A stretch of 64,000 bases of DNA, taken from sequence record MN871444.1. One strand, 5' to 3'. This document shows positions 45,341 to 55,378 of this stretch, in pieces (positions within the stretch are counted from its first letter, which is position 1; the number at the start of each line of letters is the position of its first letter). A model generated the notes under the pieces. That model saw nothing but the letters and a program-made list of their open reading frames with translations, made no database searches and was not told the origin of the DNA. A program made the position numbers and the translations under genes.

Positions 45341-46415
45341 AGAAATACGGGGAAATATGTTCTAACAAATCCTGGTTGATATACCCAGAATCATCTCCGC
45401 GAATGCCAAGCAGCAATCGTTCTTGGTCGATTCGTTTGAGTGCAATCTGAATATCGACCTCAGCATGCTTGTTGGCAACATGCCCAGTACCCATATCAAG
45501 CACTAGCAGTGTTTCCAATAATGGGGTTTCTCCGAACGTGGTTATCCATTTATCCTGAGTCGTAGGGAGGACCCCAGTCAGCACTGTTTTCCTAACATCC
45601 TGAGAAAACGCCTGCGGAAAAACATCCAAAAGCCCAGAAAAACTTCTAGGTTTGACGGTGGACCATTCCACATAAGTAGAAATAACTTTGTCTACGAAGG
45701 TATACGGCGTAGCCAAATTGACAATCAGTTTCTTCTGTATGGGCAACGCATCGATCCCGACTACCTGCTTCCGCACCAAATTAATAAATGCCACATCACA
45801 TTGCGATGGAAGCATTCCTGGAAGTACATACTGATAGATAAAGTTAGCCGGGGTACCACGCATCCCTTCCGGCCGTTGGAGTTGGTCGCGTAGCCACATG
45901 CGATACATGAGTCCAAGTACTGGGACGTCAATACTAAATACGGCATACCCTGCAGAATAACCGTGATTGTCTGGAAGATGCAGATCTAAAGAAACGTAAT
46001 CATTTCTAATGACCTTTACCGGAGATTGGGATTTCCAATCCTGGCTTACTTTATTTGGGTCTATAAATGATTCCACGGCAATATAGGCTTCTTTAGATGA
46101 CCGCCCATAAAAACTTCCAGTGGAAGGAATATAACCACGGTTTGTTGGGGTAGTGATGCCCACCGCACGACAAGCGGCGTCATATCGATCCGTGATTAAA
46201 TCATAATAAACTTCCGCCGGATGATACCACCCATCGGATAAATTATCTAATAACTTAATTAGGATGTGTCTGCTATCGACCCAACCACCTGACTGTTGAT
46301 AGTACTCCCGCATGCGAATGAAGTTGTTATTCAGCCTTTCTTTTATATAGCGCAACGGGGTTAGGGTGGGTCCGCCCACCTGTGGGCCTTGTACCGCCAA
46401 GACGTCCGTAAACAT
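45330..46415 (-). CDS. Conserved phiKZ-like core protein (probably virion structural)
   Basis: Lies between the polymerase and chimallin; start set at MFTDV after a GGAG RBS. Confidence 0.6.
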   Translation of the reverse strand: MFTDVLAVQGPQVGGPTLTPLRYIKERLNNNFIRMREYYQQSGGWVDSRHILIKLLDNLSDGWYHPAEVYYDLITDRYDAACRAVGITTPTNRGYIPSTGSFYGRSSKEAYIAVESFIDPNKVSQDWKSQSPVKVIRNDYVSLDLHLPDNHGYSAGYAVFSIDVPVLGLMYRMWLRDQLQRPEGMRGTPANFIYQYVLPGMLPSQCDVAFINLVRKQVVGIDALPIQKKLIVNLATPYTFVDKVISTYVEWSTVKPRSFSGLLDVFPQAFSQDVRKTVLTGVLPTTQDKWITTFGETPLLETLLVLDMGTGHVANKHAEVDIQIALKRIDQERLLLGIRGDDSGYINQDLLEHISPYFSAA

Positions 46416-46653
46416 GGGTCGGCTCCATTTAATGTAAAAAAATACACGGTTATACATATACTGTAGAGGAAGTACCAACGACCTCTACGATTCCACTCGG
46501 AGTCGGAAAGGGTTGTGATGTCGTTTGGTTATCTTGGTATCGGTATGGGCTAAACCAATCCAAAATAATTAAACACCTATATCATTTTTACGCATATCTA
46601 TCGTGATGGCAAAACGCACTCCAAAAAATCGTGATTGTAAATTTACATAAACG

Positions 46654-46661
46654 TATATTAC
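46654..46661 (+). promoter_or_regulatory. TATATTAC early promoter upstream of chmA
   Basis: Exact motif about 130 nt upstream of the ATG. Confidence 0.65.
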
Positions 46662-46790
46662 TTAGGTGATGGGGGTGCGGTAGATTTTCTACAGCTCATC
46701 CGAACATTGTGTTCCAAACCGTCAATGGCGTCTTGGCCCGACGCAAAACAACATTGACTCTATCTACTCCTTATAAGGGAAAATTAAATT

Positions 46791-48677
46791 ATGGGTATTA
46801 ATGACGCTCGCAATACTGGTAACAACGACGCAGCTCAAGAACGTGCGCAGTCTGCAGCTCCGCAGTTCGACGAATCTCAAGTACGCCAGGCAGCTCCGCA
46901 TCGCAAAACCATTACCGGTAAAGGCGGTGTGAACGCACTCCTGTCCCGTCGCCTGAACCGCGTGGGCGGTAACGAAGACATCAGCAAAATCGCTGAAATG
47001 ATGCGCAGCTATCTGCGCAGCCAGCTGGACGAAGGTTACGTTCCGACGTTCGTTATTGTCGATGGCGTGACTTACGAACTGGCGGTATCTGCAATCGTTC
47101 CGTCCGTGATGCTGACTGCTCGCGGTGTTAAAACGGTGCTGGCCTATCCGATTCTGGTAGAGCCGCGCGACCGTTCCATGGACACTGTCCGTACCGTTCG
47201 TGAAGCTGGCCGTGAACTGTCACTGCCGGTAGTAACCTCCGATTTCTACGACGCGCGTACCGAAGAGCAGATCCGTAACGCTATCGTTCGTCAGTTCGGT
47301 CTGAACGCAGCAGATAGCGATATCAAACTGGTCGGTTACTGCACCCTGCCGGTAGAAGTATCTTCCGACGACAAAGGCGAAATCGAAGACCTGGCCGCCA
47401 ACGTATTCTCGGCGCTGGAATCCTGGGTTCGCGAACAACCGGGCTCCGAAGAGCCGCGTTTCAACCTGGCAGAAATCGACAACACCCAAACTCGCTTCAC
47501 CGGCAAACTGGACTTCTCTCCGGCGCCGATCAAAACCCTGACCGGCCTGCCGGTGCGTAACGACGTGACCATCACCACCAAAATGCGTGATATCACGGTC
47601 GACAGCCTGCACAGCCAATCCGGCGTTCTGTCCGAACTGAGCGGTTACGTGGACCTGATCTACGTTGACCCGCAGCCCGAACAAAACCCGTACACCCGTC
47701 AGATGTATCTGAACCCGGCGTGCTATCTCCCGAACTTCGTGATTTCGCATCAGGAAATTCTGGTTAACGCCGTGACCCCTGAACTGGTCCTGTTCGGCCT
47801 GGCATCTGCACGTCTGATGCAACAGCCGAACAACGCATTCTACAATGCGTTCAAACCGCGCCATGGCGTCAAAAACGATACCCGTGATATCGGGGCTATC
47901 GGTTACGAGTTCGATCCGACTGGCGAAGGCAAAGGTCCGAAAGCGCCTATCGATACCGCAGATTCCACCTTCAACCTGCAGACTCTTCTGAGCACTGCAT
48001 TCCGCCCGGGCCTGCTGTACAGCCTGGACGTGGTAGATGGCGGTGAGTATTCCTGGGTATACGAAGCGCTGCTGTACGCTGCTAACGGCGATGCCGCGGC
48101 AGAAAACGATGTGATTCAGTATGCAGATAACCTGACCAACGGTCATTTCCGTCAGCTGTGGAACCCGGTCGAAAACCGCGTTGCGGTAGACTCCGGCGAC
48201 CTGATTCCGATCGGTTACTACATCGATCCGGAAGGCCAACGTAAAGACCTGCGCGATATCGACTATCTGGCACTGCTGAACATGTTCGGTGGCAGTGATG
48301 CGGAACTGGTTTACCGCTGGTCCGAAACCTTCGGTAACCCGAACCAATCTCCGCAGCAACGTCTGGATGCACGTGTACGTATCCTGAAATCGCTGCTGAG
48401 CAACAACCTGTTCATCAAACGTATCGCACATCGCATCACCCTGACCCCGACCTTCATCGACGTGCTGGCCACTGCCATCTCCAAAGCGGGCATCACGATC
48501 GTTCCGGAAACGGTGTTCAGCGAACAGCAGACCTATACCCGTGGGTCTACCACCCTGGCTAACTACGCTCTGACCGGCGGTCAGTCTCCGCTGTTTGCAG
48601 GTATGCAGCAGCAGACCGTTGCCGGTTACAACACCGTATACCAGCCGCGTGGCGCAGGCAGCCGTTTCGGCGGCTAA
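46791..48677 (+). CDS. chmA: Chimallin, phage nuclear shell protein
   Basis: 628 aa; extreme optimal-codon bias; directly upstream of nvRNAP beta'-N as with phiKZ gp54; low-complexity termini; ELSGYVDLIY motif. Confidence 0.85.
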   Translation: MGINDARNTGNNDAAQERAQSAAPQFDESQVRQAAPHRKTITGKGGVNALLSRRLNRVGGNEDISKIAEMMRSYLRSQLDEGYVPTFVIVDGVTYELAVSAIVPSVMLTARGVKTVLAYPILVEPRDRSMDTVRTVREAGRELSLPVVTSDFYDARTEEQIRNAIVRQFGLNAADSDIKLVGYCTLPVEVSSDDKGEIEDLAANVFSALESWVREQPGSEEPRFNLAEIDNTQTRFTGKLDFSPAPIKTLTGLPVRNDVTITTKMRDITVDSLHSQSGVLSELSGYVDLIYVDPQPEQNPYTRQMYLNPACYLPNFVISHQEILVNAVTPELVLFGLASARLMQQPNNAFYNAFKPRHGVKNDTRDIGAIGYEFDPTGEGKGPKAPIDTADSTFNLQTLLSTAFRPGLLYSLDVVDGGEYSWVYEALLYAANGDAAAENDVIQYADNLTNGHFRQLWNPVENRVAVDSGDLIPIGYYIDPEGQRKDLRDIDYLALLNMFGGSDAELVYRWSETFGNPNQSPQQRLDARVRILKSLLSNNLFIKRIAHRITLTPTFIDVLATAISKAGITIVPETVFSEQQTYTRGSTTLANYALTGGQSPLFAGMQQQTVAGYNTVYQPRGAGSRFGG

Positions 48678-48697
48678 GTCTGATGTAATGCCATAAC

Positions 48698-48728
48698 AGC
48701 GGGAGGGGTAAAACCCTCCCGCTTTATT
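48698..48728 (+). terminator. Terminator AGCGGGAGGG-GTAAAA-CCCTCCCGCT
   Basis: 10-bp stem plus T-rich tail after chmA. Confidence 0.75.
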
Positions 48729-48770
48729 TCCCACAGCTTCTTTTTTTAGTTAAGCAACCAAAGGGTAATC

Positions 48771-50090
48771 ATGGAAATAAAAGAATTCATTCCTACGAAA
48801 CGTGCCCCGTATGGGTATGCGATTTCGACGGGATGTGATATCTATTATGACCCCAGGAGGAAAGGTGTTTATCCGGAAATAGCGAATCACGAAGCGACAT
48901 TAGCGCGGTTACGTGGTACCCCTATTTTCATTAACGATATCGACACCTCTACAGCCGAAGGTCAAGATAAACTTGATTCTCTTCTATACACCAAATACGA
49001 CGGCGGGAGCATCAGTATCCTCCCTAGTTGTGAATGTGGGGAAACAACTACTGTATCCAAACTGAATACCTATTGTCCTAACTGCTCCACGATCGTAGTG
49101 CCACCGTCTGAGCGCCCAATAGAATCGAATCTCTGGATTCGAGCGCCGGATGGGGTAAAGGCATTAATCAATCCCCAAATGCTTATCATTTTGTCGAAAG
49201 CATTTACCATTAATGGCTGTAACTTCCTGGAATGGTTGTTAAACCCCACGTATAAAAATGGGACTCACAACAACCTAAAGTTAGAACTCTTCAAAGCGTA
49301 TAACTTTCCGCGCGGCATCAATGCTTTCTATGATAACTTTGATGACATAGTCACTGCGTTATTGGACCGTTCCATTTTCAATGGCAACAACGCCAAGCGC
49401 TTAGAAGTGAAGCTGTTTATCGAACAAAATAGAGACAGGGTGTTTACTCGGTACATCCCAATACCGAACCGCATTTTGTTCATCACGGAAAAAGCAATCA
49501 CCGCAACATATGCCGACAAACACATGGCCTCGGCACTTGATGCAGTACGCACTATTTCCGATCTTAACCAACACATGGAACCTCCATCGATCCGTAGGCG
49601 TGAATATGCTGCAGCAAAAGCCTGTCTGCAATTAGCGTCGTATTACGTGATGCAATATAAGAAGATCATCGGCGGCAAATATGGGTTCTTGCGAAAACAC
49701 CTGTTTGGTACCAGACAGGCGTATAGCTTCCGGGCAGTTATCAGTAGTCTGCACGAAGCCCATCGCATGGATGAACTTCATATCCCGTGGGGGGTGGCGG
49801 TAGGGGTATTCAGGAAACATCTGGAGAGCAAATTGCTGAGGCGGGGGTATACTCCGAACGAGGCGGTAAAACTATTATTCGATCATACTCTGACCTATCA
49901 CCCGCTGCTGGATACGTTGTTCAAAGAAATTATTGGTGACCATCCTTCCGGGAAAGGGTTTCCATGCTATTTCTTACGAAATCCAACGCTGGATAGATTG
50001 TCGGGTCAACTATTCCACATTACGTTAGTCAAACCAGATCCAAACATCAAAACGGTGAGTCTATCACTAAACGTCATCGCGCCAATGAAT
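48771..50090 (+). CDS. nvRNAP beta' N-terminal subunit, exon 1 (440 aa, ends ...IAPMN)
   Basis: Zn-ribbon CECG..CPNC, GFLRKHLFG, FRAVIS, LRNPTL; position matches phiKZ gp55. Confidence 0.85.
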
Positions 50091-50569
50091 AAACTTGCGT
50101 GGGTTGATTCACGCATGTTCCTTCCAGTAGAAATACTGGTCGAACACTCTCCTAACTGCTGGGAACTCCTGTTAAAAATACTTCTACCAACTTAAGCTGG
50201 AAACAGACTTGAGGGCTAGGCTTGAACCCTAGGTATGGTGAAAATGAAGTAGTTGGGACGATCAAGCAACGAAGCTCCTACCGGCGCAAGCCCACGGAGT
50301 GAGTCCAACGACTATCGAAAACTACATCGGTTAACCGACTAATGACATTCGTATAAAGTCGAATGGTTGCGTAAGCAATTAAAGTGAGTAGAGTAGGGCC
50401 AAGTGGTGTGAGGCATGGCAATAAGTCCTCCCTAGCAATTGATGCTAGCCGAAACGGAGAGCACCTGACCGGGTAAAGCCGAAGGTGATGAGATAGTCTT
50501 GTATCCGACTGTAATGGTCGGGAAGTTCTAAGAGAACTGCGTAGCCTAACGACCTACGTGAAAGTAACG
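50091..50569 (+). mobile_element. Group I self-splicing intron, 479 nt, no homing endonuclease ORF
   Basis: Removal restores N-ADFDGD in frame; exon ends in T and intron ends in G; P3 CTCTCC/GGAGAG, P7 GACTA/TAGTC, P8 CACCT/AGGTG, plus P and Q core elements and P9 hairpins. Confidence 0.9.
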
Positions 50570-50809
50570 GCTGATTTTGACGGTGACGCCTTGGGTGGAT
50601 TACTCATACTCGATAAAAAGATGTATGAGCGTTTTGAACGAACTTCCCAACATACCGGGGTTCTTGATCTGCAAAAAGCCAGAACACTATCCGGTAAAAT
50701 AACTTTACCGAAGCCCGTACTGGCGATTTATGCAAGTTGGATGCATGAACCACCGGCTGATGTAGAAGAAGCTAAGCTGTTCAAGAAATTGTTAGGGCAG
50801 CATGATTAA
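50570..50809 (+). CDS. nvRNAP beta' N-terminal subunit, exon 2 (ADFDGDALGG...; spliced product 519 aa)
   Basis: Carries the catalytic DFDGD; in frame with exon 1 after splicing. Confidence 0.88.
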   Translation, partial: ADFDGDALGGLLILDKKMYERFERTSQHTGVLDLQKARTLSGKITLPKPVLAIYASWMHEPPADVEEAKLFKKLLGQHD

Positions 50810-50818
50810 GGAGACAAC

Positions 50819-51466
50819 ATGGCACAACTGATATCTGGTGGTCCGAGTACGATGGCGGCCCACCTGTTCGGTGAAAACCATCCCAACGTACAAACTTATT
50901 TAGAAACAGCGTATCAACAAGCCCAGGAATCTATTACCGATGTTGGTCGGGCAATGATTCAAGCCGGGCGGCAGTTGGCAGAACGCACAATCAATACCGG
51001 CGCTTTCCGTTTAGCCCGTGCAGCGTTACGTAAGGTGGGATCTCTCGGGGTGCAGGATACCATCCAACCACTCGAGACCATCGGTTCGTTACAACATGCT
51101 CCCACGGCGATGATTCCAATCATCATGAGCCACCCTGAAATAAAATCCCGTTATCTAATGGGCCGCTGTGAAGGGTATGGTGATGAGTGGGTTAATCCTA
51201 CTGGGTCTGCGGTTGCTGGAAGCGACCCACTTTATCGAGCAGTCATGCATGCTGCCGTGATTGAACCCGATTCTGAATACGCTAAATACGATCCGATTTT
51301 AGCAGAAGAAACCAACTGGGGCGCATGGCAGTATTGGGATGATGCTTCCGAAGAGGTAGGGTTGACCGAAAGCAACCGGTTGGATGGTCAGATTACCTAT
51401 GACGCATTGTGGTTAGCGGTAAAAGGTGTAGACGATCCAACTTCGCGGTGGAACGCTTCATTGTAA
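50819..51466 (+). CDS. Conserved Chimalliviridae core hypothetical protein (DDPTS C-terminus)
   Basis: AAGGAG RBS; synteny. Confidence 0.65.
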   Translation: MAQLISGGPSTMAAHLFGENHPNVQTYLETAYQQAQESITDVGRAMIQAGRQLAERTINTGAFRLARAALRKVGSLGVQDTIQPLETIGSLQHAPTAMIPIIMSHPEIKSRYLMGRCEGYGDEWVNPTGSAVAGSDPLYRAVMHAAVIEPDSEYAKYDPILAEETNWGAWQYWDDASEEVGLTESNRLDGQITYDALWLAVKGVDDPTSRWNASL

Positions 51467-51545
51467 TGGTGTGTCTGGGAGGAGGAGCTTAGGCTCCTCC
51501 TCTTTTTTACGGATTACCTTTATTTTTTGTCTGTGGAGCGTACTT

Positions 51546-51947
51546 ATGGCTAAAACAATACCGGTCCCTAGTTTATCTGTAGATGGTTGGATTATAACCC
51601 CGACCAAAAAAGTGGATAAATTATTGTGTTATTATTTTTTATCTGAACCTTCACAAAGTCAACTATATACCGTCATATCGCTTCCTTCGGAAATTGCGAA
51701 GAAAGGAAACTGGCCAAATCAACTTAAAGAATTGGTCAGTAATGATTTACAAACTTTCTTTAGCGCTTATTTCACGGAAGGGGTCAGCGTATATGTAGAA
51801 GTAAAAGATACCGATAGTAGCGGGGGACAAATATCGCAATACACGATATATTGTCAGGTTATTGTCACCATTGATGGTGCAAAATATTCCGTAGCCAAAA
51901 TGGCGTCCGTATTAAATTCTCAGATTGTCAAATTGGCAGATGCATAA
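51546..51947 (+). CDS. Conserved core hypothetical protein (VPSLSVDGWI motif)
   Basis: GGAG RBS before ATG 51546; synteny. Confidence 0.65.
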   Translation: MAKTIPVPSLSVDGWIITPTKKVDKLLCYYFLSEPSQSQLYTVISLPSEIAKKGNWPNQLKELVSNDLQTFFSAYFTEGVSVYVEVKDTDSSGGQISQYTIYCQVIVTIDGAKYSVAKMASVLNSQIVKLADA

Positions 51948-51961
51948 TGAGGTAACTAAAA

Positions 51962-52552
51962 ATGGCAAGTAAAGAAGATATTAGACTGGCGGTAGACCTT
52001 GGACTTAAGGCCGCCAATTCATTAATTGAATCGGCTGAAGGAATGCGTCGAGGTATTTTTATCGATGAATTCCGCCAACAGTATTTGCCTATTTTAGCTA
52101 CCCCCGGATCTGACTGGTCACCGTGGTTTCGCTTTGTTACCGACCCTCGGGCAGTCACAGATGTTTATGACCGGTCAGGTAAATTAATGTATACGGTTCC
52201 GGCGATGGCAGTACCCATCGGTACTCAGATTAGTAGCAAGCGGGGTGAATCGTATTACGATAAAATCCAAAGGGCCATGCTGGTTGCGAGAAACAACCCT
52301 AAAGCTGCTGAAGCGATGCAGCAGCAGGCAATGCATGATGCCGTCGTGGGTGGTGGGAATAAACATATTCTGGATAATAGAATTCAGCTCAATAAGATTC
52401 TGGTAGCTGAAGGGTATCCCCCACTACCCATCCCCGGAACAAATGGGTTTACTGGCGTGACTGGAAAAGAAACAATAAATGACGCTGGTGTGCCAACAAA
52501 AAACGAAAGCTTAGCTAAGGCCAAATACACCGATGAGTACGACGAACTCTGA
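51962..52552 (+). CDS. Conserved core hypothetical protein
   Basis: GAGG RBS; synteny. Confidence 0.65.
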   Translation: MASKEDIRLAVDLGLKAANSLIESAEGMRRGIFIDEFRQQYLPILATPGSDWSPWFRFVTDPRAVTDVYDRSGKLMYTVPAMAVPIGTQISSKRGESYYDKIQRAMLVARNNPKAAEAMQQQAMHDAVVGGGNKHILDNRIQLNKILVAEGYPPLPIPGTNGFTGVTGKETINDAGVPTKNESLAKAKYTDEYDEL

Positions 52553-53666
52553 TACCACCATCGCTTCATTTCACGATGTCCATTTTGGGCACCCCAATAC
52601 CCGCTATGACAACATCATTCGCGGAATGGAAAAAGATATTTGCGCCACCGACCCGTTTATTCGCAATCTAACTTATTTGTTCTATCCTGGTGATGTTTTC
52701 GATCGGTTATTGATTCTACCTGAACAAGGAATCCCGGCTATTCGCCGGGAGTTCAGACGTCAGTTGGAAATATGTCAAGCTTACGGCATCTCTGTTCGTG
52801 TATTGGAAGGTACTCCATCTCACGATTGGCACCAGTCTAAGTTGATATTGAGTGTGGCCGAAGAAATGGGGTTTACTGGGGATTTAAAATACATAGATAC
52901 TCTCTGTGTTGAAATAACCCCAAAAGGACACAGCATTTTATACATCCCCGATGAATGGCGCACTGACCTCCAACAAACTTATTTGGAAGCACTGGAGGCC
53001 ATTAAAGTCGCTGGATTGGAACAAGTGGATTATTGCTTATTTCATGGTCAATTCACGCATCAGTTTCCACCAGAATGGCAGGTGGGATGCCATGATGCTG
53101 ATGCTTGGCAGTCGTTAGTGAAGCATTATCTTTTTGCAGGGCATATCCACACCCCATCCCAAAAAGGAAAAATTCTGGTGGCTGGGTCCTATGACCGGTT
53201 GCGCCACGGTGAAGAACACCCGAAGGGCCATTATCGGGTAACGGTTAAAACTGATGGTGATGACATCATTGAGTTTGTTGAAAATAAAGAAGCTAAAATT
53301 TATTTGACCCTGGATGTCAGTGGTCAGAGCGTAGAATCTATTTACGGCTACGTTGAATCAAAGATACGTGGATTGCCGGTTAATTCATTTATTAGACTAA
53401 GTGGTAATCGAGACCAAAGCTTAAGAATGGTCAAGAAAGCCCTTAGCGATAATTATCCCGAATATAGATGGGATATTATATTTGAAAAAACAAAAAAACA
53501 GCCAAGGACAGTAAGTTTAGATTCTACACCAATACAGAAAACAACCGTAACACTCGGCGCCTTAGAAGATGCGATACTGTTGCGGCTAGAGCAGTCGGGC
53601 CTATCGCCCCAAGTGATAGACCACGCTAAACAACTTTATAAGGATAGCAAACATGAGTTTGCGTGA
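52533..53666 (+). CDS. sbcD: SbcD/Mre11-like nuclease
   Basis: DVHFGH, GDVFD, LEGTPSHD, FHG, GHIH and GSYDRL motifs. Confidence 0.85.
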   Translation: MSTTNSDTTIASFHDVHFGHPNTRYDNIIRGMEKDICATDPFIRNLTYLFYPGDVFDRLLILPEQGIPAIRREFRRQLEICQAYGISVRVLEGTPSHDWHQSKLILSVAEEMGFTGDLKYIDTLCVEITPKGHSILYIPDEWRTDLQQTYLEALEAIKVAGLEQVDYCLFHGQFTHQFPPEWQVGCHDADAWQSLVKHYLFAGHIHTPSQKGKILVAGSYDRLRHGEEHPKGHYRVTVKTDGDDIIEFVENKEAKIYLTLDVSGQSVESIYGYVESKIRGLPVNSFIRLSGNRDQSLRMVKKALSDNYPEYRWDIIFEKTKKQPRTVSLDSTPIQKTTVTLGALEDAILLRLEQSGLSPQVIDHAKQLYKDSKHEFA

Positions 53667-54471
53667 TTTTTCTTTGCGGGAGATGGGGGCGATTCCCATC
53701 TCCATTGGGACGAGTTTGGCTATAGAGGCATTACGACAACCCAATGTACCGAACTACGACGCGCTCTGGGTAAATCTAAGAACCCTGTTTCGTAATTTGA
53801 TGTCTTGCGTTCCTACCCACGTTCGTGATGATGCTAACGATCGTGAGACCGCGGAGGTACTCGAAGAAGAGATGGGGCATATTTCTGAGGCAGTATCCAT
53901 CTTAAGTAATGGTACTAAACCGGTCAAGTGGTATATTACCAAACCGGAAACCCTGAGTAAGATATTGCCCGACGCCATTATTCGAGCACCCAAGACCCCC
54001 TTGCAAAAATCTCAGGCAGCGTTATGTGACGCTGCCCTTGGTCGATTGCTGGCGAAGTACCAAAAAGAGATTCAAGTATTTTCACCGATTATGTATGGTC
54101 AGGGTAAAGCTATGGTGCTGACGCATTTCCCTGAAGATTTGCTGAGTCGCAAACATTTTGCCGAAATGTACCTGCTAGAATCCCATACCGGTAAAATAAA
54201 AGAACATGACGCGTTTAATACAAAACTAGGGGATATCGATCAATTCCCTAAACTTCCATTCAATGGATTTACTTTAACAGTATTTGGTGATAAGCAAGTA
54301 CTCATTTATCAAATGCCAAATAAAATCCGTACCATGGTATTGGAAGTTGCTAAGAAAGCAGGCTGGACGCCTATGACTACTAAGGACAGAATGTTATTAA
54401 CCCTAAACAACATAAAGAATCAATACGACCGAGAAGTTCTCAAAAGCATTCTTATGAAATGCAAGTATTGA
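53653..54471 (+). CDS. Conserved core protein (SIGTSLA / NLRTLFRN), possibly PIN/5'-nuclease-like
   Basis: Synteny after SbcD; the fold call is tentative. Confidence 0.6.
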   Translation: MSLRDFSLREMGAIPISIGTSLAIEALRQPNVPNYDALWVNLRTLFRNLMSCVPTHVRDDANDRETAEVLEEEMGHISEAVSILSNGTKPVKWYITKPETLSKILPDAIIRAPKTPLQKSQAALCDAALGRLLAKYQKEIQVFSPIMYGQGKAMVLTHFPEDLLSRKHFAEMYLLESHTGKIKEHDAFNTKLGDIDQFPKLPFNGFTLTVFGDKQVLIYQMPNKIRTMVLEVAKKAGWTPMTTKDRMLLTLNNIKNQYDREVLKSILMKCKY

Positions 54472-54533
54472 TTTTTTACTGCAGATAACCATCATTTGTA
54501 CTGTTGTCAATATAACTAAGGAACTACACTACC

Positions 54534-55220
54534 ATGGCCGACCAACCAGTTAAACGCCAAACCTACCTCGATGACTTGCGCGCTAAGCTTTTCGCTAAGC
54601 CTCTGCAGGGGGGTACTAAACGTCCTATTCTGACTTTTGGTTTTGTTACACGTAAGTACGATACCAACTGCGCAGAAATCAAAATCAAAACTAACGTCCC
54701 GAACGATGCCGACAACGGACAAATTAAAGTGGTCGTGCCGATGCCGGACTTGTTCGGGTATTTCCGAGCTATCCAGAACATGGCAACGCAGTCCGGGAAA
54801 CAGGAGCGTAGCTTCCGGGTATATGCTACTTTCGCAAAAGGTGGGAAGGTAGATCCCTATCCGGCAGCGATGATTCACCTGGGTAAAGAAGACGACGGAC
54901 GCATGTATATCGCGGTGACCAAAAAGAACCGCCCAAACATCAAATTCTACATGTGCCCAGACGAAATGTATCGCCTGGTCGTAAACGGTGAAGAACTGAC
55001 CACCGAGCAAACTTACGCTGAGTACGCTCTGGGGTACATCGACATGATTCGGGGTATTTACCAAACGATCATGGACCGTGACTTTGTACCGTGGGAAAAC
55101 CCGCATAACAACGGCGGCGGTCAGCGCGGCAACGGCGGCGGTAATTGGAACGGTGGTGGTAATTCCAATTCCGGCGGCGGTCAATCGAACAATAGTTACG
55201 ATGATGACGTGTGGGGTTGA
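54534..55220 (+). CDS. chmC: ChmC-like nucleic-acid-binding protein (phiKZ gp67-like) with Gly/Asn-rich acidic tail
   Basis: Immediately upstream of the gp68-like subunit; tail NNGGGQRGNGGGNWNGGG..DDDVWG. Confidence 0.65.
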   Translation: MADQPVKRQTYLDDLRAKLFAKPLQGGTKRPILTFGFVTRKYDTNCAEIKIKTNVPNDADNGQIKVVVPMPDLFGYFRAIQNMATQSGKQERSFRVYATFAKGGKVDPYPAAMIHLGKEDDGRMYIAVTKKNRPNIKFYMCPDEMYRLVVNGEELTTEQTYAEYALGYIDMIRGIYQTIMDRDFVPWENPHNNGGGQRGNGGGNWNGGGNSNSGGGQSNNSYDDDVWG

Positions 55221-55340
55221 CACCATAAACGGGAGGGCGAAAGCCCTCCCAATATGCCGTATTGTTGCAAAAGGTAGTTTCTTACAGATGGTCGCCATGT
55301 TATACGTAGTAAAAGAATGGATTCAAAAAACTTAAAAGCA

Positions 55341-55348
55341 TATATTAC
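55341..55348 (+). promoter_or_regulatory. TATATTAC early promoter motif
   Basis: Exact match about 30 nt before the gp68-like gene. Confidence 0.6.
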
Positions 55349-55378
55349 TACCATGACTATCTGCATAAGGGGATATCC

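Noticed and set aside
47220-48734. 504-aa antisense ORF overlapping chmA
   Set aside because: It is the shadow of the strongly biased codon usage of chimallin; no RBS or recognisable motifs
50091-50195. C-terminal 34 aa of ORF 48771..50195
   Set aside because: Read-through into intron sequence; not part of the mature protein
50558-50809. Stand-alone 83-aa ORF MKVTADFDGD
   Set aside because: Better explained as exon 2 of the intron-split beta'-N gene
54516-55298. 260-aa antisense ORF over the ChmC-like gene, and similar minus-strand ORFs over phuZ, the polymerase and picA
   Set aside because: Fully overlap well-supported genes, lack RBSs and have no family motifs
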